From NCBI GenBank assembly GCA_949879775.1, contig CATLBW010000001.1:1-60186 (forward strand): a DNA stretch of 60,186 nt, given 5' to 3'. A program made the position numbers and the translations under genes. How positions within the stretch are numbered: the first letter of the stretch is position 1; every line of letters begins with the position of its first letter. Positions 1-10,422 of the stretch are shown in pieces. Below the pieces are notes generated by a model. It worked only from the letters and a program-made list of their open reading frames with translations, did no database searches and was not told where the DNA came from. Origin of the DNA: an uncultured Lachnospiraceae bacterium (lineage in GTDB: Bacteria; Bacillota; Clostridia; Lachnospirales; Lachnospiraceae).

Positions 1-200
1 TCCTGCCTATGCTGTCGCTCTTTAATGAGGCCATTGCCAAAATAGCTAAATTCTCCTACTCCGGGCAAATCAGCCTTATGCTCGCGCAGATAAACATCCT
101 TGATATTGGGGCAGAAACCGTCTGCATCCTGGCTGCCAACACGGTCCTTTCTGTAATTCTCTTTACCGCCGCCTATAAGAAACGCGCAAACGCAGTGTAA
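1..200 (+). CDS. 3' end of a membrane protein, probably an ABC-2 type permease (truncated by the window edge)
   Basis: Open frame from the edge, LPMLSLFNEAIAKIAKFSYSGQ..., ending in a hydrophobic helix and basic tail. Confidence 0.5.
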   Translation, partial: LPMLSLFNEAIAKIAKFSYSGQISLMLAQINILDIGAETVCILAANTVLSVILFTAAYKKRANAV

Positions 201-225
201 ATTCCCGTTTCATGGGAAGAAAAAC

Positions 226-257
226 CCAGGGCTTTCAGGAAACCCTGAAAGCCCTGG
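226..257. terminator. Bidirectional intrinsic terminator
   Basis: 14-bp perfect stem CCAGGGCTTTCAGG/CCTGAAAGCCCTGG between convergent genes, with A/T runs on both sides. Confidence 0.8.
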
Positions 258-283
258 ACCTTTATTTTTGGGGGAACAATTGC

Positions 284-1252
284 CTAATCATCAAAGGAAA
301 CATCCACTTCCCCAATATTGCAAGTTACCCATATCGTTTTATCCGCAGAATTATCTATTTGTTTCTTAGCGCCAATCGCATGGAAATCGTGGTCACCGAT
401 TGACACCTCGCCTATGCTGCAAGAAACCTCATAATTAAAATCCTGCTCCCTGCCCCTTACCTGCGCGTCTATTTGGCCTATCCCACAATCAATATAAAGC
501 TCATCCGCCGTAATCTCTTCTGTATCAATCTGCCCTACATCGGCATTCAATGTCACTTTAGGGGCCTCAACCTCCTCCAAATCAATCTGCCCCGCGCCTA
601 CATCGGCGCTGAATTCCGCCAAGGCCGTCAGCCTTTCATAGGCTAAGCATTCCCCAGCATTGACATTTATGCTGATTTTCTCTGCTTTCAGCGGCATATC
701 TGTATAAATCGCCCCGGCATCCTGCTTTAGGGAAATCATTTCCAAGGCCTGGGCCCCTTCCATCATCCCTCGCGGGATGCCGACTGTTATTCTGGTGCTG
801 TCGTTATTCCTGCTGCTTTTACTCCCCGTCTCCTGGATTTTCAAAATACCTCCGTCGTTATAGGCTTCTACCTTGCGCTGATGGTTCTTCTTACGGTACT
901 CCACAATCACCTGGACTTCATCGCTATCGCTCGTCTCCATCCTCACTTTTCCGTAATAAACATCCAAATCCAGCCCGGTAACTCGCTCCTGCCCTTCACC
1001 GTCCCATTTAAACTTATACTCGCTCGTCGATGCACTTCTCCAATTCACGCCGTCATCCCTCCAATTGTCTCCATTGCGCCAGATTGCGTCCCCTACCGTA
1101 GAAATAGGGCCAAAGCTGTACCTTCCCTCTTCCACGTCCTGCCAGAAATCACTGTAATTAAAGCCAATCCCAAAACTGACCGTACAGCAGACACTGCCAA
1201 GGACTACCAATACCAGGGACAAAATTAATGCAAATTTAATAAAATGTTTCAT
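284..1252 (-). CDS. DUF4097-type beta-strand-repeat membrane-anchored protein
   Basis: N-terminal TM helix (MKHFIKFALIL...) and repeated xGxGxI beta motifs (VGAGQI, CGIGQI, CSIGEV, CNIGEV); ATG overlaps the upstream stop. Confidence 0.75.
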   Translation of the reverse strand: MKHFIKFALILSLVLVVLGSVCCTVSFGIGFNYSDFWQDVEEGRYSFGPISTVGDAIWRNGDNWRDDGVNWRSASTSEYKFKWDGEGQERVTGLDLDVYYGKVRMETSDSDEVQVIVEYRKKNHQRKVEAYNDGGILKIQETGSKSSRNNDSTRITVGIPRGMMEGAQALEMISLKQDAGAIYTDMPLKAEKISINVNAGECLAYERLTALAEFSADVGAGQIDLEEVEAPKVTLNADVGQIDTEEITADELYIDCGIGQIDAQVRGREQDFNYEVSCSIGEVSIGDHDFHAIGAKKQIDNSADKTIWVTCNIGEVDVSFDD

Positions 1253-1977
1253 ACCGCCTGCTCCTTTCCTGGAAATATCTGTTTCCAAAGCTTCCCAAGC
1301 GCCCGCCAAAGCCATGGAATGCCCTTACCGCAAAGCCATACGCACAAGACTGTTATCAGTATGGCAAATGCCCAGACTAACAGCGACGCCCCCAACAACG
1401 CGAACCCTGCAGCGACACCGCCGACTGCAAACTCCCCAATCCCAATGCCAAACATCACGCCGCCTGTTATATAAAGCACAAAAGCCACGCCGATGAAACC
1501 AACCACTGCTCCAAGCAGCCCTATAAGCACGGAAACTACCCCGCTCAAGATACTTAGCCAAATGGGGCTGGTCAGCACAACCGCAATTACAATCAGCACA
1601 ATCTTCAAGGTGCGGTCTTCATCCACAGCTTCTTTGCCTTTGCCAAACTTCTGCTTCGCCTGTTCCCAGGCTCCGCCCTGTCCCTGGACCGGCTTATCCT
1701 TGATGTTAATCTCCTGGCGTTCCTGCCCAAACCGCGCGTCCTCAAAGCCGCGCTCTGTAAAAGCTGCGGATTCCATCCCCTGGTCCGTCTTCAAATCAGC
1801 CTTAATCGTTGCCGCCACCTTCTCCGGGGACTCAAGCTCCCTAAGGATGCGTTCTTCATTCTCCTCCCCTGCGTCCTCAAAATAACCCCAATAATAAGAT
1901 AACGCTTCGCGCCTCTCTTCTTCTGATATGTCTGCCAGCAGCGTTTCCAGCCGCTTCATAAATTCCTCTTTTCTCAT
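1249..1977 (-). CDS. DUF1700 domain membrane protein
   Basis: MRKEEFMKRLETLL..EEERREALSYY..YFEDAG...ELESPEKVA N-terminus followed by TM helices. Confidence 0.8.
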   Translation of the reverse strand: MRKEEFMKRLETLLADISEEERREALSYYWGYFEDAGEENEERILRELESPEKVAATIKADLKTDQGMESAAFTERGFEDARFGQERQEINIKDKPVQGQGGAWEQAKQKFGKGKEAVDEDRTLKIVLIVIAVVLTSPIWLSILSGVVSVLIGLLGAVVGFIGVAFVLYITGGVMFGIGIGEFAVGGVAAGFALLGASLLVWAFAILITVLCVWLCGKGIPWLWRALGKLWKQIFPGKEQAV

Positions 1978-2297
1978 GCCAGCTCTCCTCCCGAAAATAA
2001 CATTGTAATTTTAGAAGAATACGTTACCCATTCCGTCTGGTACAAGTCCAACTGTGCGCTGCCCCTGTCCGTAATCTTATAATACCTGCGGTTCCTGCCC
2101 CCGCATTCCATATCATAGACCTCAAGGCACCCATCTTTTTGCAGCCGCCTAAGCACCGGATACAGGGTGGATTCCGACACTTCAATTGCCTGCCGGACAT
2201 CCTGGGTTATTTTATAACCGTATGTGCCCTCTTTCTCTTTGCTTACAACGGCAAGAACAATGGCGTCCAAAAGAGCTGCACCCGTATTAAATACCAT
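1974..2297 (-). CDS. PadR family transcriptional regulator
   Basis: YGYKIT...SESTLYPVLRRL...GRNRRYYKIT winged-helix signature. Confidence 0.9.
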   Translation of the reverse strand: MVFNTGAALLDAIVLAVVSKEKEGTYGYKITQDVRQAIEVSESTLYPVLRRLQKDGCLEVYDMECGGRNRRYYKITDRGSAQLDLYQTEWVTYSSKITMLFSGGELA

Positions 2298-2460
2298 TCC
2301 ATCACCCCTTCTATAATATTATATTTTTTATATTACTATTTTATGTTTAATACTATACATCATATAATATTATTTGTCAACAAATATTTTGAGAAAAAGT
2401 ATCTACGGCACTTCATAGTCCCCATTCATGGGGGATTGGCTTGCACACTTTCCTATAAGG

Positions 2461-2505
2461 CAAAGGAACATCAGTACGTAAAACCTGCGTACTGATGTTC
2501 CTTTG
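2461..2505. terminator. Strong hairpin, likely terminator of the chemoreceptor gene
   Basis: 18-bp perfect stem CAAAGGAACATCAGTACG/CGTACTGATGTTCCTTTG. Confidence 0.65.
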
Positions 2506-2618
2506 TGCCAGTATTAATTTATGTATTGCGCAATGCCCATCGCCCTTCTTAAAAACGGATAACGTTTCCACATCCTTGAGAAGGTTTCGGCAACGCCCCT
2601 CGTGATGATTCATACAAG

Positions 2619-4070
2619 TCAGTCCACGATAGTATTATCTTCAAAAATGCGAATATTGTCTTTGGATAAACGTTCAATAATATCAATCACTTTGCGAAAA
2701 TCAGCAATTAAATCCTCTGAACACTCATAGGCCTGTTCGTAAATCTCTTGCAAAACATCCGTATGCCCAGCACGGACAGCGGAAACCATTTCCGTCCCAA
2801 AAGAATGGAATGTCTTGTGCTTGCCTTCAAGCCCATTCCAGATATCCGCAATCTGCGGGTTCGAGGGCTTAAAGGCATAATAGAAACGACCAAGCCCGCA
2901 TTTCGTACAATCCGTCTGCAATACCCTGCATTCCCCTGTCTGCGCAATATCCTTCAACGTATTCAGCCAATTTTTATGTGCCTCTACCGCATTGTTCAAA
3001 CAGTTAAGGACAACCTGGTTATCTAACATATAAAACGCGTCCTGCGCCATGCTCCCCATGATTTTCGTGGATTCCTCCAAATGCTTTTCGATCATCTTCG
3101 ACGGCTCTACCAGCTCGGCAATGGCATGGCTGGAAACAGCCAGGGACTCTGCATTGTTTTTCAGGCTTTGGCACTCGCCATTCACATGCTGCATCTGGTT
3201 GTCCAATTCGTTCATGGAACTGCTGATTTCCTCGCTGACAGCAGCCAGGGAAGAGACCGAATCGGCAATATTGTCCATGCCCTTGCGGTTGTCCCCGGTA
3301 ATCTTCCATACATTCTGGATATTTTCGTTGATACGCCCCAATTCGGCAACTGTCGTATCTACGCTGTCAGAGCTTTTACGGGAAGCTTCCCGGATGCTGG
3401 ACACAAAACTGCCCATGCTCCCTGTCAATGACTTCGTCTCCTCTGCAAGGCTGCGTATCTCCTCCGCAACAACAGCAAACCCCCTGCCGGCTTCCCCGGC
3501 GCGCGCCGCTTCTATCGAAGCATTTAACGCCAAAAGGTTCGTCTGTGCGGAAATGGAATTAATCGCCTCAATAGCCTCGTTCATGTGCTGGATAATATCA
3601 ATCAGCCCATAAATATCCGCCTTCATCTCCTTGGCAGTGGTAATAGCCGAGGAGGACAATCCCGTTATGGAAGTAAGCTCGTTTTCACAACTGCGTATAC
3701 CCTCCATAATCTTGCCGGATTCATCGGAAACCTCAATAATCGTCGCCGTCAGGTTTTCATGCGCCTTTGAGACTTCCGAGGCAATGTGAGCTGTAGAATC
3801 CGCCGACCCGCTGATCGTGTCCACCGCAGATGAAATTGAAGTATTAATCTGCTCTACCGTGGCAACATTTGTCTCCAGCGTTAAGTCCATGGCGCTCATA
3901 TGGATAACTGCCTCCATCGTCTTTGTGGCCGCCTGCTCAAACTCCCTGCGCCCCTCCATCAGGCGTCGGTGGATATTATTCAGTTCTCCGTTTTGGGGCT
4001 CATACTCCATGTCCACAAGCCTGGAAATAGATTGAATAACATGGTTCGCCTTCCTTTTCTTTGCATTCAT
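2619..4070 (-). CDS. Soluble methyl-accepting chemotaxis protein with C-terminal CZB zinc-binding domain
   Basis: [31 protein letters not shown] signalling hairpin; no TM segment; HKNW, CGLGRFY and HKTFH CZB motifs. Confidence 0.88.
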   Translation of the reverse strand: MNAKKRKANHVIQSISRLVDMEYEPQNGELNNIHRRLMEGRREFEQAATKTMEAVIHMSAMDLTLETNVATVEQINTSISSAVDTISGSADSTAHIASEVSKAHENLTATIIEVSDESGKIMEGIRSCENELTSITGLSSSAITTAKEMKADIYGLIDIIQHMNEAIEAINSISAQTNLLALNASIEAARAGEAGRGFAVVAEEIRSLAEETKSLTGSMGSFVSSIREASRKSSDSVDTTVAELGRINENIQNVWKITGDNRKGMDNIADSVSSLAAVSEEISSSMNELDNQMQHVNGECQSLKNNAESLAVSSHAIAELVEPSKMIEKHLEESTKIMGSMAQDAFYMLDNQVVLNCLNNAVEAHKNWLNTLKDIAQTGECRVLQTDCTKCGLGRFYYAFKPSNPQIADIWNGLEGKHKTFHSFGTEMVSAVRAGHTDVLQEIYEQAYECSEDLIADFRKVIDIIERLSKDNIRIFEDNTIVD

Positions 4071-4257
4071 AATGATTGATCCTTTCCACATGTATATACA
4101 GCAAATCCTCCTATCCAATGGTTAATAACCACCGGATATATACCATATTGCAGCATATTTCATGCTTTGTCAATCAATAAGGGCAAAGTTAGCGTTAGGC
4201 ATGAGGAGGGGACCACAAAGCGGGAGCAAAGCGGATTTCTTGTGATGGGCGGTTACT

Positions 4258-4764
4258 TTATTTTTCCAGCACCCGTTCTACAAAAGCCCTGGCATCCGCC
4301 AGGTCTGCATCATTGGGATGGAACAAAGCCTCGTCAAAATTATGCAGCAGCTTCTTGCGGCAGGCTTCCTGCCTGGGGTCCTCCCTGGTAATCTCATAAT
4401 TCTCCCGAACCTGCATCGGCATCTTCCCCTGGCAGAGGAACATGCCCAAATATTCACAGTCATCTGGTATCCATACATTGACTTTCTTCTCTATGCTCTT
4501 GTAATACTGCGCGTCACTGCCCATGCCGCAGGTGCCAAAAAGCGCAACCTTCTTGCCATGCAGCTTTGACATCGCATCAATCACCGACATGTCGCAAGTG
4601 CCCCGGTTAACCCAGAACCCAATAAAGAACACATCCGCTTCCTTGCCCCTATATTCATCTATGCTCTGCATATCCTTGGACATACCTGGAAGCGCGCTGA
4701 AAACCTCAGTGGCAACCTTCTTGGTATTCCCGGTTTTGCTGGAATACAGCACCATATAATCCAT
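4258..4764 (-). CDS. Flavodoxin family protein
   Basis: YSSKTGNTKKVA FMN loop; GFWVNRG; ALFGTCG; FLCQGKM. Confidence 0.85.
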   Translation of the reverse strand: MDYMVLYSSKTGNTKKVATEVFSALPGMSKDMQSIDEYRGKEADVFFIGFWVNRGTCDMSVIDAMSKLHGKKVALFGTCGMGSDAQYYKSIEKKVNVWIPDDCEYLGMFLCQGKMPMQVRENYEITREDPRQEACRKKLLHNFDEALFHPNDADLADARAFVERVLEK

Positions 4765-4838
4765 CCTGCTCACCTGCTATTTATTTTTACCCTTGTCTTA
4801 ACCCCATACTCTATGCTCACAGCCGATGAAACCTGCCG

Positions 4839-5528
4839 CTAAATATATGGCCTGCCGCAGCAAAACCCCCCGCCGCAGCACAGATTGCATATCATGTTGG
4901 CTAAGCACAGCTTGAGGCAAAAATTACTCCCGTCGCCGATCGGGCTCCCATAGCTCTGCCGCTGGCCGTAATACCAGCTTCCGCCATTCTGAAGGCTGGC
5001 ATACAATTGCTGGTATTGCCGGTTGCCCGGTTCCATAGCTAATGCGCGCTGCGCAGATTCCATTGCCGCCACGTTATTGCCAATACCGGAATTAGCTATA
5101 GCATTTAAATAATGCCAGTAAGCATCACGGTCCTTGATGCCATTCAGCACATGAAACGCTTCCCGGTAATGCCCGCTGCGGATATAGTTCTCCGCCGCCC
5201 GCTTATAGGCGCTTTCCGAATCCTGCTCCTGTGCGCTCCCCGTCTGTCCAAACCCGCCAAAAAAATCTCCAAAGCCTCCATATGTACCGCCTCCCGGCCG
5301 TCCGTATGCAGAATTCCCATAACCGCCAGAGTTCCCGTGTTCCTTCTCGTGCATAATCTGTTGGTAAGCCTGCTGGATTTCTTTGAACTTCTCCTCCGCC
5401 TGCTCCTTATGCGGGTTATTGACGTTCGCATCCGGGTGGTATTTGCGGCTCAGGGAGCGATATGCTTTTTTAATTTCTTCATCAGTGGCATTCCTCGATA
5501 TCCCAAGGACTGCATACGGATCATACAT
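4839..5528 (-). CDS. J-domain protein with TPR-like helices and Cys-rich C-terminus
   Basis: DPYAVLG...KYHPD J-domain; G/F-rich linker; C-terminal [21 protein letters not shown]. Confidence 0.85.
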   Translation of the reverse strand: MYDPYAVLGISRNATDEEIKKAYRSLSRKYHPDANVNNPHKEQAEEKFKEIQQAYQQIMHEKEHGNSGGYGNSAYGRPGGGTYGGFGDFFGGFGQTGSAQEQDSESAYKRAAENYIRSGHYREAFHVLNGIKDRDAYWHYLNAIANSGIGNNVAAMESAQRALAMEPGNRQYQQLYASLQNGGSWYYGQRQSYGSPIGDGSNFCLKLCLANMICNLCCGGGFCCGRPYI

Positions 5529-6357
5529 GCTGCTTTCCTTCCCGTTCGCGTTTTACAAGTTCATAACGGCTCCATACGCCGGAATATAAAATATTTCGCA
5601 AAATCCCTGCATTCTCCACAATAGGCAATCGCTCAAACGCCCGCGAGCATTCCGCCATCATCATGCTTAAAACCTGCTCTGTGCGCTGCGCGAAACCTTC
5701 CTTCCGGCATTCCTGCGCAAACACGTTGTAATTCCCTGTCTTCGCATCCCGCTCCACATCCTCAAAGGCGTCCAACAGATAAATGAACTTACCGAGGAAA
5801 AAACCCATCCGGCGTAAGTCCTGCTCCCACTCATCCTTACGGTATACCAGGATCTGGGCCATGATTTCCCCAAAATGCCCGGACGCCTCGTCAAGGTCCG
5901 TACACTGCTCCTGTTCACAGCGGTGAATCTGTTCCATCTTATGACGGATAAGGCCGTCCTTCCCGGGGTAAGCCTCAGCCACCTTCTGAACCCGCGCCCT
6001 TAGGGCGGCTGCCATCGCTTTCTTAGAAACCTTGCGTTCATCCTGCCAATCATCCAAACATTTATAATATGACAATAAAAGGTTCATGTCCGCTGCATAC
6101 CTTGAAAACTGATTCACCATGGCAGGATGCTTCCCCAAGGGATGTGCCAGGCATCTCTGGTAACCTTTCACCGTCTCCGGCTCGTAAAGGCTGGTAAGCA
6201 GCAAGACCACAAACGTCATATCATAACTTAACGTCATCTGCCCCAGCCCGCCATATCGGTCCCTCAGCGCCCTGCACAGCCCACAGTAATAAGACTGGTA
6301 GATATCAAATTCTTTAAATTTCATTTCCGGCTTATTTACAATAATATATCCAAACAT
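5521..6357 (-). CDS. DUF5685 family protein
   Basis: MFGYI...YYCGLC...LSYDMTF...CLAHP...DDWQDE...YLLDAFED...NILYSGV. Confidence 0.75.
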   Translation of the reverse strand: MFGYIIVNKPEMKFKEFDIYQSYYCGLCRALRDRYGGLGQMTLSYDMTFVVLLLTSLYEPETVKGYQRCLAHPLGKHPAMVNQFSRYAADMNLLLSYYKCLDDWQDERKVSKKAMAAALRARVQKVAEAYPGKDGLIRHKMEQIHRCEQEQCTDLDEASGHFGEIMAQILVYRKDEWEQDLRRMGFFLGKFIYLLDAFEDVERDAKTGNYNVFAQECRKEGFAQRTEQVLSMMMAECSRAFERLPIVENAGILRNILYSGVWSRYELVKREREGKQHV

Positions 6358-6504
6358 ATTTCTTATTCTAAGCCTTCTTATGGAAATTGCAATTAACAAA
6401 CCGGAAATATTCTATAAAAATATTATAAAATACGCTTGCCGCATACGCAAGACGCTTCTTGCCCACTTTGCGGGCAAACTGTTCAAGGAGCGTGAAGCAA
6501 ACTG

Positions 6505-8511
6505 TTACGGTCTGCACTTTTCCAAACGCGCAAGCCAAAGGTCTGCGCTGGCGTCGCTCGGCATCCGCAAATCCCCGCGCGGCGAGACTGCCACGGTGCC
6601 GACTTTAGGCCCGTCAGGCAGGCAGGAACGTTTAAACTGCTGGGTGAAAAACCTGCGGATAAATATCTTTTCCCATTTAAAAATAATTTCCGGCGTATAC
6701 CGGTTCCCACATGGAGCGTCTGCACCACAAAATGCACGCACGGCAAGACGGAAAATTTTCTCCGGGCCAAAGCCCAGCCGGAGCATATGGTACAAAAAGA
6801 AATCATGAAGCTCATACGGTCCCACAAGGTCCTCCGTCTTTTGGGAAATCTGCCCATCTTCTGGGGGCAAAAGCTCCGGGCTTACCGGTGTGTCTAAGAC
6901 GTCCAGGAGGATTTCTGTAAGCCGGGCGCTGCCGCACGTATCCGCATAATAGCGTACCAGATGGCGCACAAGCGTCTTAGGCACCGAAGCATTGACGCCA
7001 TACATAGACATATGGTCGCCATTGTAGGTCGCCCAGCCAAGCGCAAGCTCTGACATATCTCCAGTGCCAATCACCATGCCATTCTGTTTGTTAGCAATAT
7101 CCATCAAGATCTGGGTGCGCTCCCTCGCCTGCCCATTTTCGTATGTGACGTCATGGCTGCTCTCTTCCTGCCCTATGTCACGGAAATGTACCCGCACAGC
7201 CTCCCGGATATCCACTTCTTTCAGTTCCGCGCCCAGGCAGCGCACTAAATTTACAGCGTTATCATACGTGCGGTCGGTAGTGCCAAACCCCGGCATTGTC
7301 ACCGCACAAATTCCTTTGCGCCTCATGCCGAGCAAATCAAAGGCGCGCACGGCCACAAGCAGGGCAAGCGTAGAATCCAGCCCCCCGGAAATGCCCACGA
7401 CGGCACATCGGCAGTTGGTATGTTCCAGCCGTTTCTTAAGCCCCATGGACTGAATAGACAAAATTTCCTCACAACGCTTCCTGCGTTCTTCATCCTTGCC
7501 GGGAACAAACGGCGCCGGATCTATAAAACGTGTAAGCTTTGTCTCTTCCTTCTTTAAATGGAACATTATCTCCTGATAATTCCCCTTCTCCCCGCGAAAC
7601 GTCGTCATGCGCCTGCGCTGCCCATTCAGCCTCTGTATGTCCAGCTCCGCATAGACGGACTGGTTTTTAAAGCGTTTTGCCTCGGCTAAAATGACCCCAT
7701 TTTCCGCTATCATATTGTGGGCAGAATAGACGACGTCCTGCGTGGATTCCCCATCCCCTGCGCTCGCATACACATACCCGCAGACAAGGCGCGCGGACTG
7801 CCCTTCTACCAGGCTTTTACGGTAACAGTCTTTTCCCGTCAGCTCATTGCTCGCCGACAGGTTCACAACCAGGTTCGCCCCGGCAAGCGCATGGGAGATG
7901 CTGGGCGGCTTCGGCGACCAGATATCCTCACAGATTTCCGCGGCAACCTTTAGCTCCGGCAGGCAGTCAGGCGAAAAGAGCAGACGCCCGCCCATGGGGA
8001 TGCGCATATTTTCCGTAAGCAATACCTCTACAGGCTCCTCCATCCCCGGGGTAAAATGCCTCGTCTCATAAAACTCATTATAGCCAGGGATGCATTGCTT
8101 AGGCACAAGCCCCAAAACCCTGCCGCCCGAAAGAGCCGCCGCCACATTGTAAAGCCCTCCCCGGTATGCAATCGGAAGCCCCACAAACACCAGCATATTT
8201 TTCCCGGCAGTGCCCTCGGCTATCTGCACCAGCGCCTGCTTGGCCTCCCTTAACAAGGTATCCTGGAAGAACAAATCTCCGCAACTGTAACCGGTGATGC
8301 ATAGCTCTGGGAAGACAACGACCACAGCACGCTGCCTCTCCGCTTCTTCAATTTTCTCCATAATCTTTTCTTTGTTATATATGGGATCGGCAACCCGTAT
8401 CTTGGGGGTCACTGCCGCCACTTTGACAAATCCATCCTTCACTGGCTGGCTCCTTTCTGATATTGGCGCTTGCTGGCTATCTGCGACAGAAGGACGCAAA
8501 TCGCATGCCAA
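6505..8511 (-). CDS. nadE: Glutamine-dependent NAD+ synthetase (true start may be the GTG at 8442)
   Basis: Nitrilase domain (FPEL, VPK, EICEDIW) fused to synthetase domain (GISGGLDST, ENGQARER, GTGDMSE, QFKRSCLPDGP). Confidence 0.95.
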   Translation of the reverse strand: MACDLRPSVADSQQAPISERSQPVKDGFVKVAAVTPKIRVADPIYNKEKIMEKIEEAERQRAVVVVFPELCITGYSCGDLFFQDTLLREAKQALVQIAEGTAGKNMLVFVGLPIAYRGGLYNVAAALSGGRVLGLVPKQCIPGYNEFYETRHFTPGMEEPVEVLLTENMRIPMGGRLLFSPDCLPELKVAAEICEDIWSPKPPSISHALAGANLVVNLSASNELTGKDCYRKSLVEGQSARLVCGYVYASAGDGESTQDVVYSAHNMIAENGVILAEAKRFKNQSVYAELDIQRLNGQRRRMTTFRGEKGNYQEIMFHLKKEETKLTRFIDPAPFVPGKDEERRKRCEEILSIQSMGLKKRLEHTNCRCAVVGISGGLDSTLALLVAVRAFDLLGMRRKGICAVTMPGFGTTDRTYDNAVNLVRCLGAELKEVDIREAVRVHFRDIGQEESSHDVTYENGQARERTQILMDIANKQNGMVIGTGDMSELALGWATYNGDHMSMYGVNASVPKTLVRHLVRYYADTCGSARLTEILLDVLDTPVSPELLPPEDGQISQKTEDLVGPYELHDFFLYHMLRLGFGPEKIFRLAVRAFCGADAPCGNRYTPEIIFKWEKIFIRRFFTQQFKRSCLPDGPKVGTVAVSPRGDLRMPSDASADLWLARLEKCRP

Positions 8512-8519
8512 ACGCTAAA

Positions 8520-9407
8520 CTATTTCTTTTCCCGCAGCAAGCCCTGGAGTTCCTGCGGGGTAAACACATAACGCTTATCACAAAACTGGCAGTTCACCTC
8601 TATAGATTCGCCTGCATCGACCATCTCCTGGATATCCTTTTTCCCGATACTGGCTATGGCGCGCGTAACGCGCTCCTTGGAGCAATTGCACAAATACTGC
8701 ACGGGGATTTTCTTAGTGACCTCCACGCCAAACGCACCTAACATCTTCTCAAGCAAACGCTCCGGCTCCATCCCCTGCTCCAGCAAATCTGTCACTGACG
8801 TAACCTCGGCAACCTTCTTTTCCAGGGCCAAAACCACCTTCTCATCCGTATATGGCATCAATTGGATAATAAACCCGCCCGCCTGCCTGACCGTGTTGTC
8901 CCGGTTCATCAAAACGCCCAGCCCCACAGCGGAAGGAACCTGCTCGGAAGTCGCAAAATAATACGTCAAGTCCTCTGCAATCTCCGAAGTCTTTAGTTCA
9001 ACCTGCCCCACATAAGGCTCTTTCATGCCCATGTCCTTGATTACGCTTAAAATACCCGGCCCAAGCGCTCCTCCAACATCCAGCTTGCCCCTGGCATTGG
9101 GCGGCAGCATCACATCCGCAGCCTGGGGATAGCCCTTGACGTTCCCTTTGCTGTCTGCTGTGACTGCCATCCCTTTGGCTGGCCCTGCACACTTTACCTG
9201 CAAAGTCAGAAGGTCATCCTCGCCCTTCATCATGCACCCCATCATCACGCCCCCGGTAAGCAGCCTGCCGAGCGCAGCCGTAATCACCGGGCTTGTATTG
9301 TGGTAACTCCTCGCCTGTTCCACTAGATCCCTGGACGACACTGCAAATGCGCGGATTTGCTTGTCCGCCGCGGTCGCCCTCACTAAATAGTCTCTGTATT
9401 TACCCAT
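8520..9407 (-). CDS. hslO: Hsp33 redox-regulated chaperone
   Basis: YFATSEQVPS, AGGFIIQLMP, and CNCS...CQFC zinc motif. Confidence 0.95.
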   Translation of the reverse strand: MGKYRDYLVRATAADKQIRAFAVSSRDLVEQARSYHNTSPVITAALGRLLTGGVMMGCMMKGEDDLLTLQVKCAGPAKGMAVTADSKGNVKGYPQAADVMLPPNARGKLDVGGALGPGILSVIKDMGMKEPYVGQVELKTSEIAEDLTYYFATSEQVPSAVGLGVLMNRDNTVRQAGGFIIQLMPYTDEKVVLALEKKVAEVTSVTDLLEQGMEPERLLEKMLGAFGVEVTKKIPVQYLCNCSKERVTRAIASIGKKDIQEMVDAGESIEVNCQFCDKRYVFTPQELQGLLREKK

Positions 9408-9413
9408 AACCTG

Positions 9414-10169
9414 TCATTTCCCCCGTTCCCTGGCAATGAAGCAGACACGCTCGCTCTCCTCACGCACCGGCTCCTTCGTATATGCGTCATACATTGCCAC
9501 AAATTCCATGCCTGCCTTTTCTAAAAGTTCCTGCACCTGCCGCAGCCCATACCCTCTCTGGATATGCGTTTCTTCGTATTTCCGGTACAAATCCCCGCTT
9601 TCGCCCTCACGGACAAACAGCGTCAAATCATACTGGTTGACCTGCTCCCCTTCATCGTAAAAATTCTCCCAGATAAAGCTTCCCTCTTCGCGGTTCTCAC
9701 AAATTGTGCCCTCCCCTAATATTTCCCTGTATTTATAGAGAGTATTCATGTCAAAAATAAACAAGCCTCCTGGGTCAAGGTAATTATTCACCAGCAAAAA
9801 TACGGAAAGCAGCCCTTCTTCCTCTAAGATATAATTAAGGGAATCGCAGACGCATACCACCGCCCGCACCGTCCCATATAATTCAAATTCACGCATGTCC
9901 TGGCAGAGATATAAAATAGCCGTAGACTCCCCTTCCCTTTCACGGGCAACCTGCAGCATTTCTTGTGAATTGTCCACGCCAATCATATCATAGCCTGCCT
10001 GCGCCAAAAGCCGCGTCATCTTCCCCGTGCCGCATCCCAAATCAAGCACAAGCCCTTGGGATATCCGGTATTCCTGCAAGAGAGAGACTAGGTATTGGCC
10101 CCATTCCAGGTAAGGCACATTATCCATAAACATATCGTAAACTTCTGCAAATCCGCTGTATGCATCCAT
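9414..10169 (-). CDS. Class I SAM-dependent methyltransferase
   Basis: VLDLGCGTG, GVDNS, CQDMRE, CDSLNY. Confidence 0.9.
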   Translation of the reverse strand: MDAYSGFAEVYDMFMDNVPYLEWGQYLVSLLQEYRISQGLVLDLGCGTGKMTRLLAQAGYDMIGVDNSQEMLQVAREREGESTAILYLCQDMREFELYGTVRAVVCVCDSLNYILEEEGLLSVFLLVNNYLDPGGLFIFDMNTLYKYREILGEGTICENREEGSFIWENFYDEGEQVNQYDLTLFVREGESGDLYRKYEETHIQRGYGLRQVQELLEKAGMEFVAMYDAYTKEPVREESERVCFIARERGK

Positions 10170-10422
10170 ATAGGTTACTCCTATCTCCATTTTAATCCTT
10201 TAGGGCTGCCATAAGGCCTCAGGACGCTCCTTTGTATAGCTGGTTCTCCTCAGGTCAAATCCATATGCAATATCGTACCAACTTTATTTGCAAAAGTCAA
10301 TTGCAGCCGCCCTTGATTCTTTTAACCAAAAAACGTATACTGTTTTTAGCTATATTGGCAAACCATTCAAAGACTTACCGTTTTACCGCCTTGCGGAAAA
10401 CGGTATGGCATAAGGAGCTTCC

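Noticed and set aside
4258-4764. Bilirubin reductase operon (BilS-like flavodoxin)
   Set aside because: No bilR-like oxidoreductase or MarR regulator is adjacent; called a generic flavodoxin
10357-10405. c-di-GMP-I riboswitch (GGCAAACCATTC...)
   Set aside because: Lacks the GGGACGCAAAG and second-stem elements; only a plain hairpin (10376-10405) is supported
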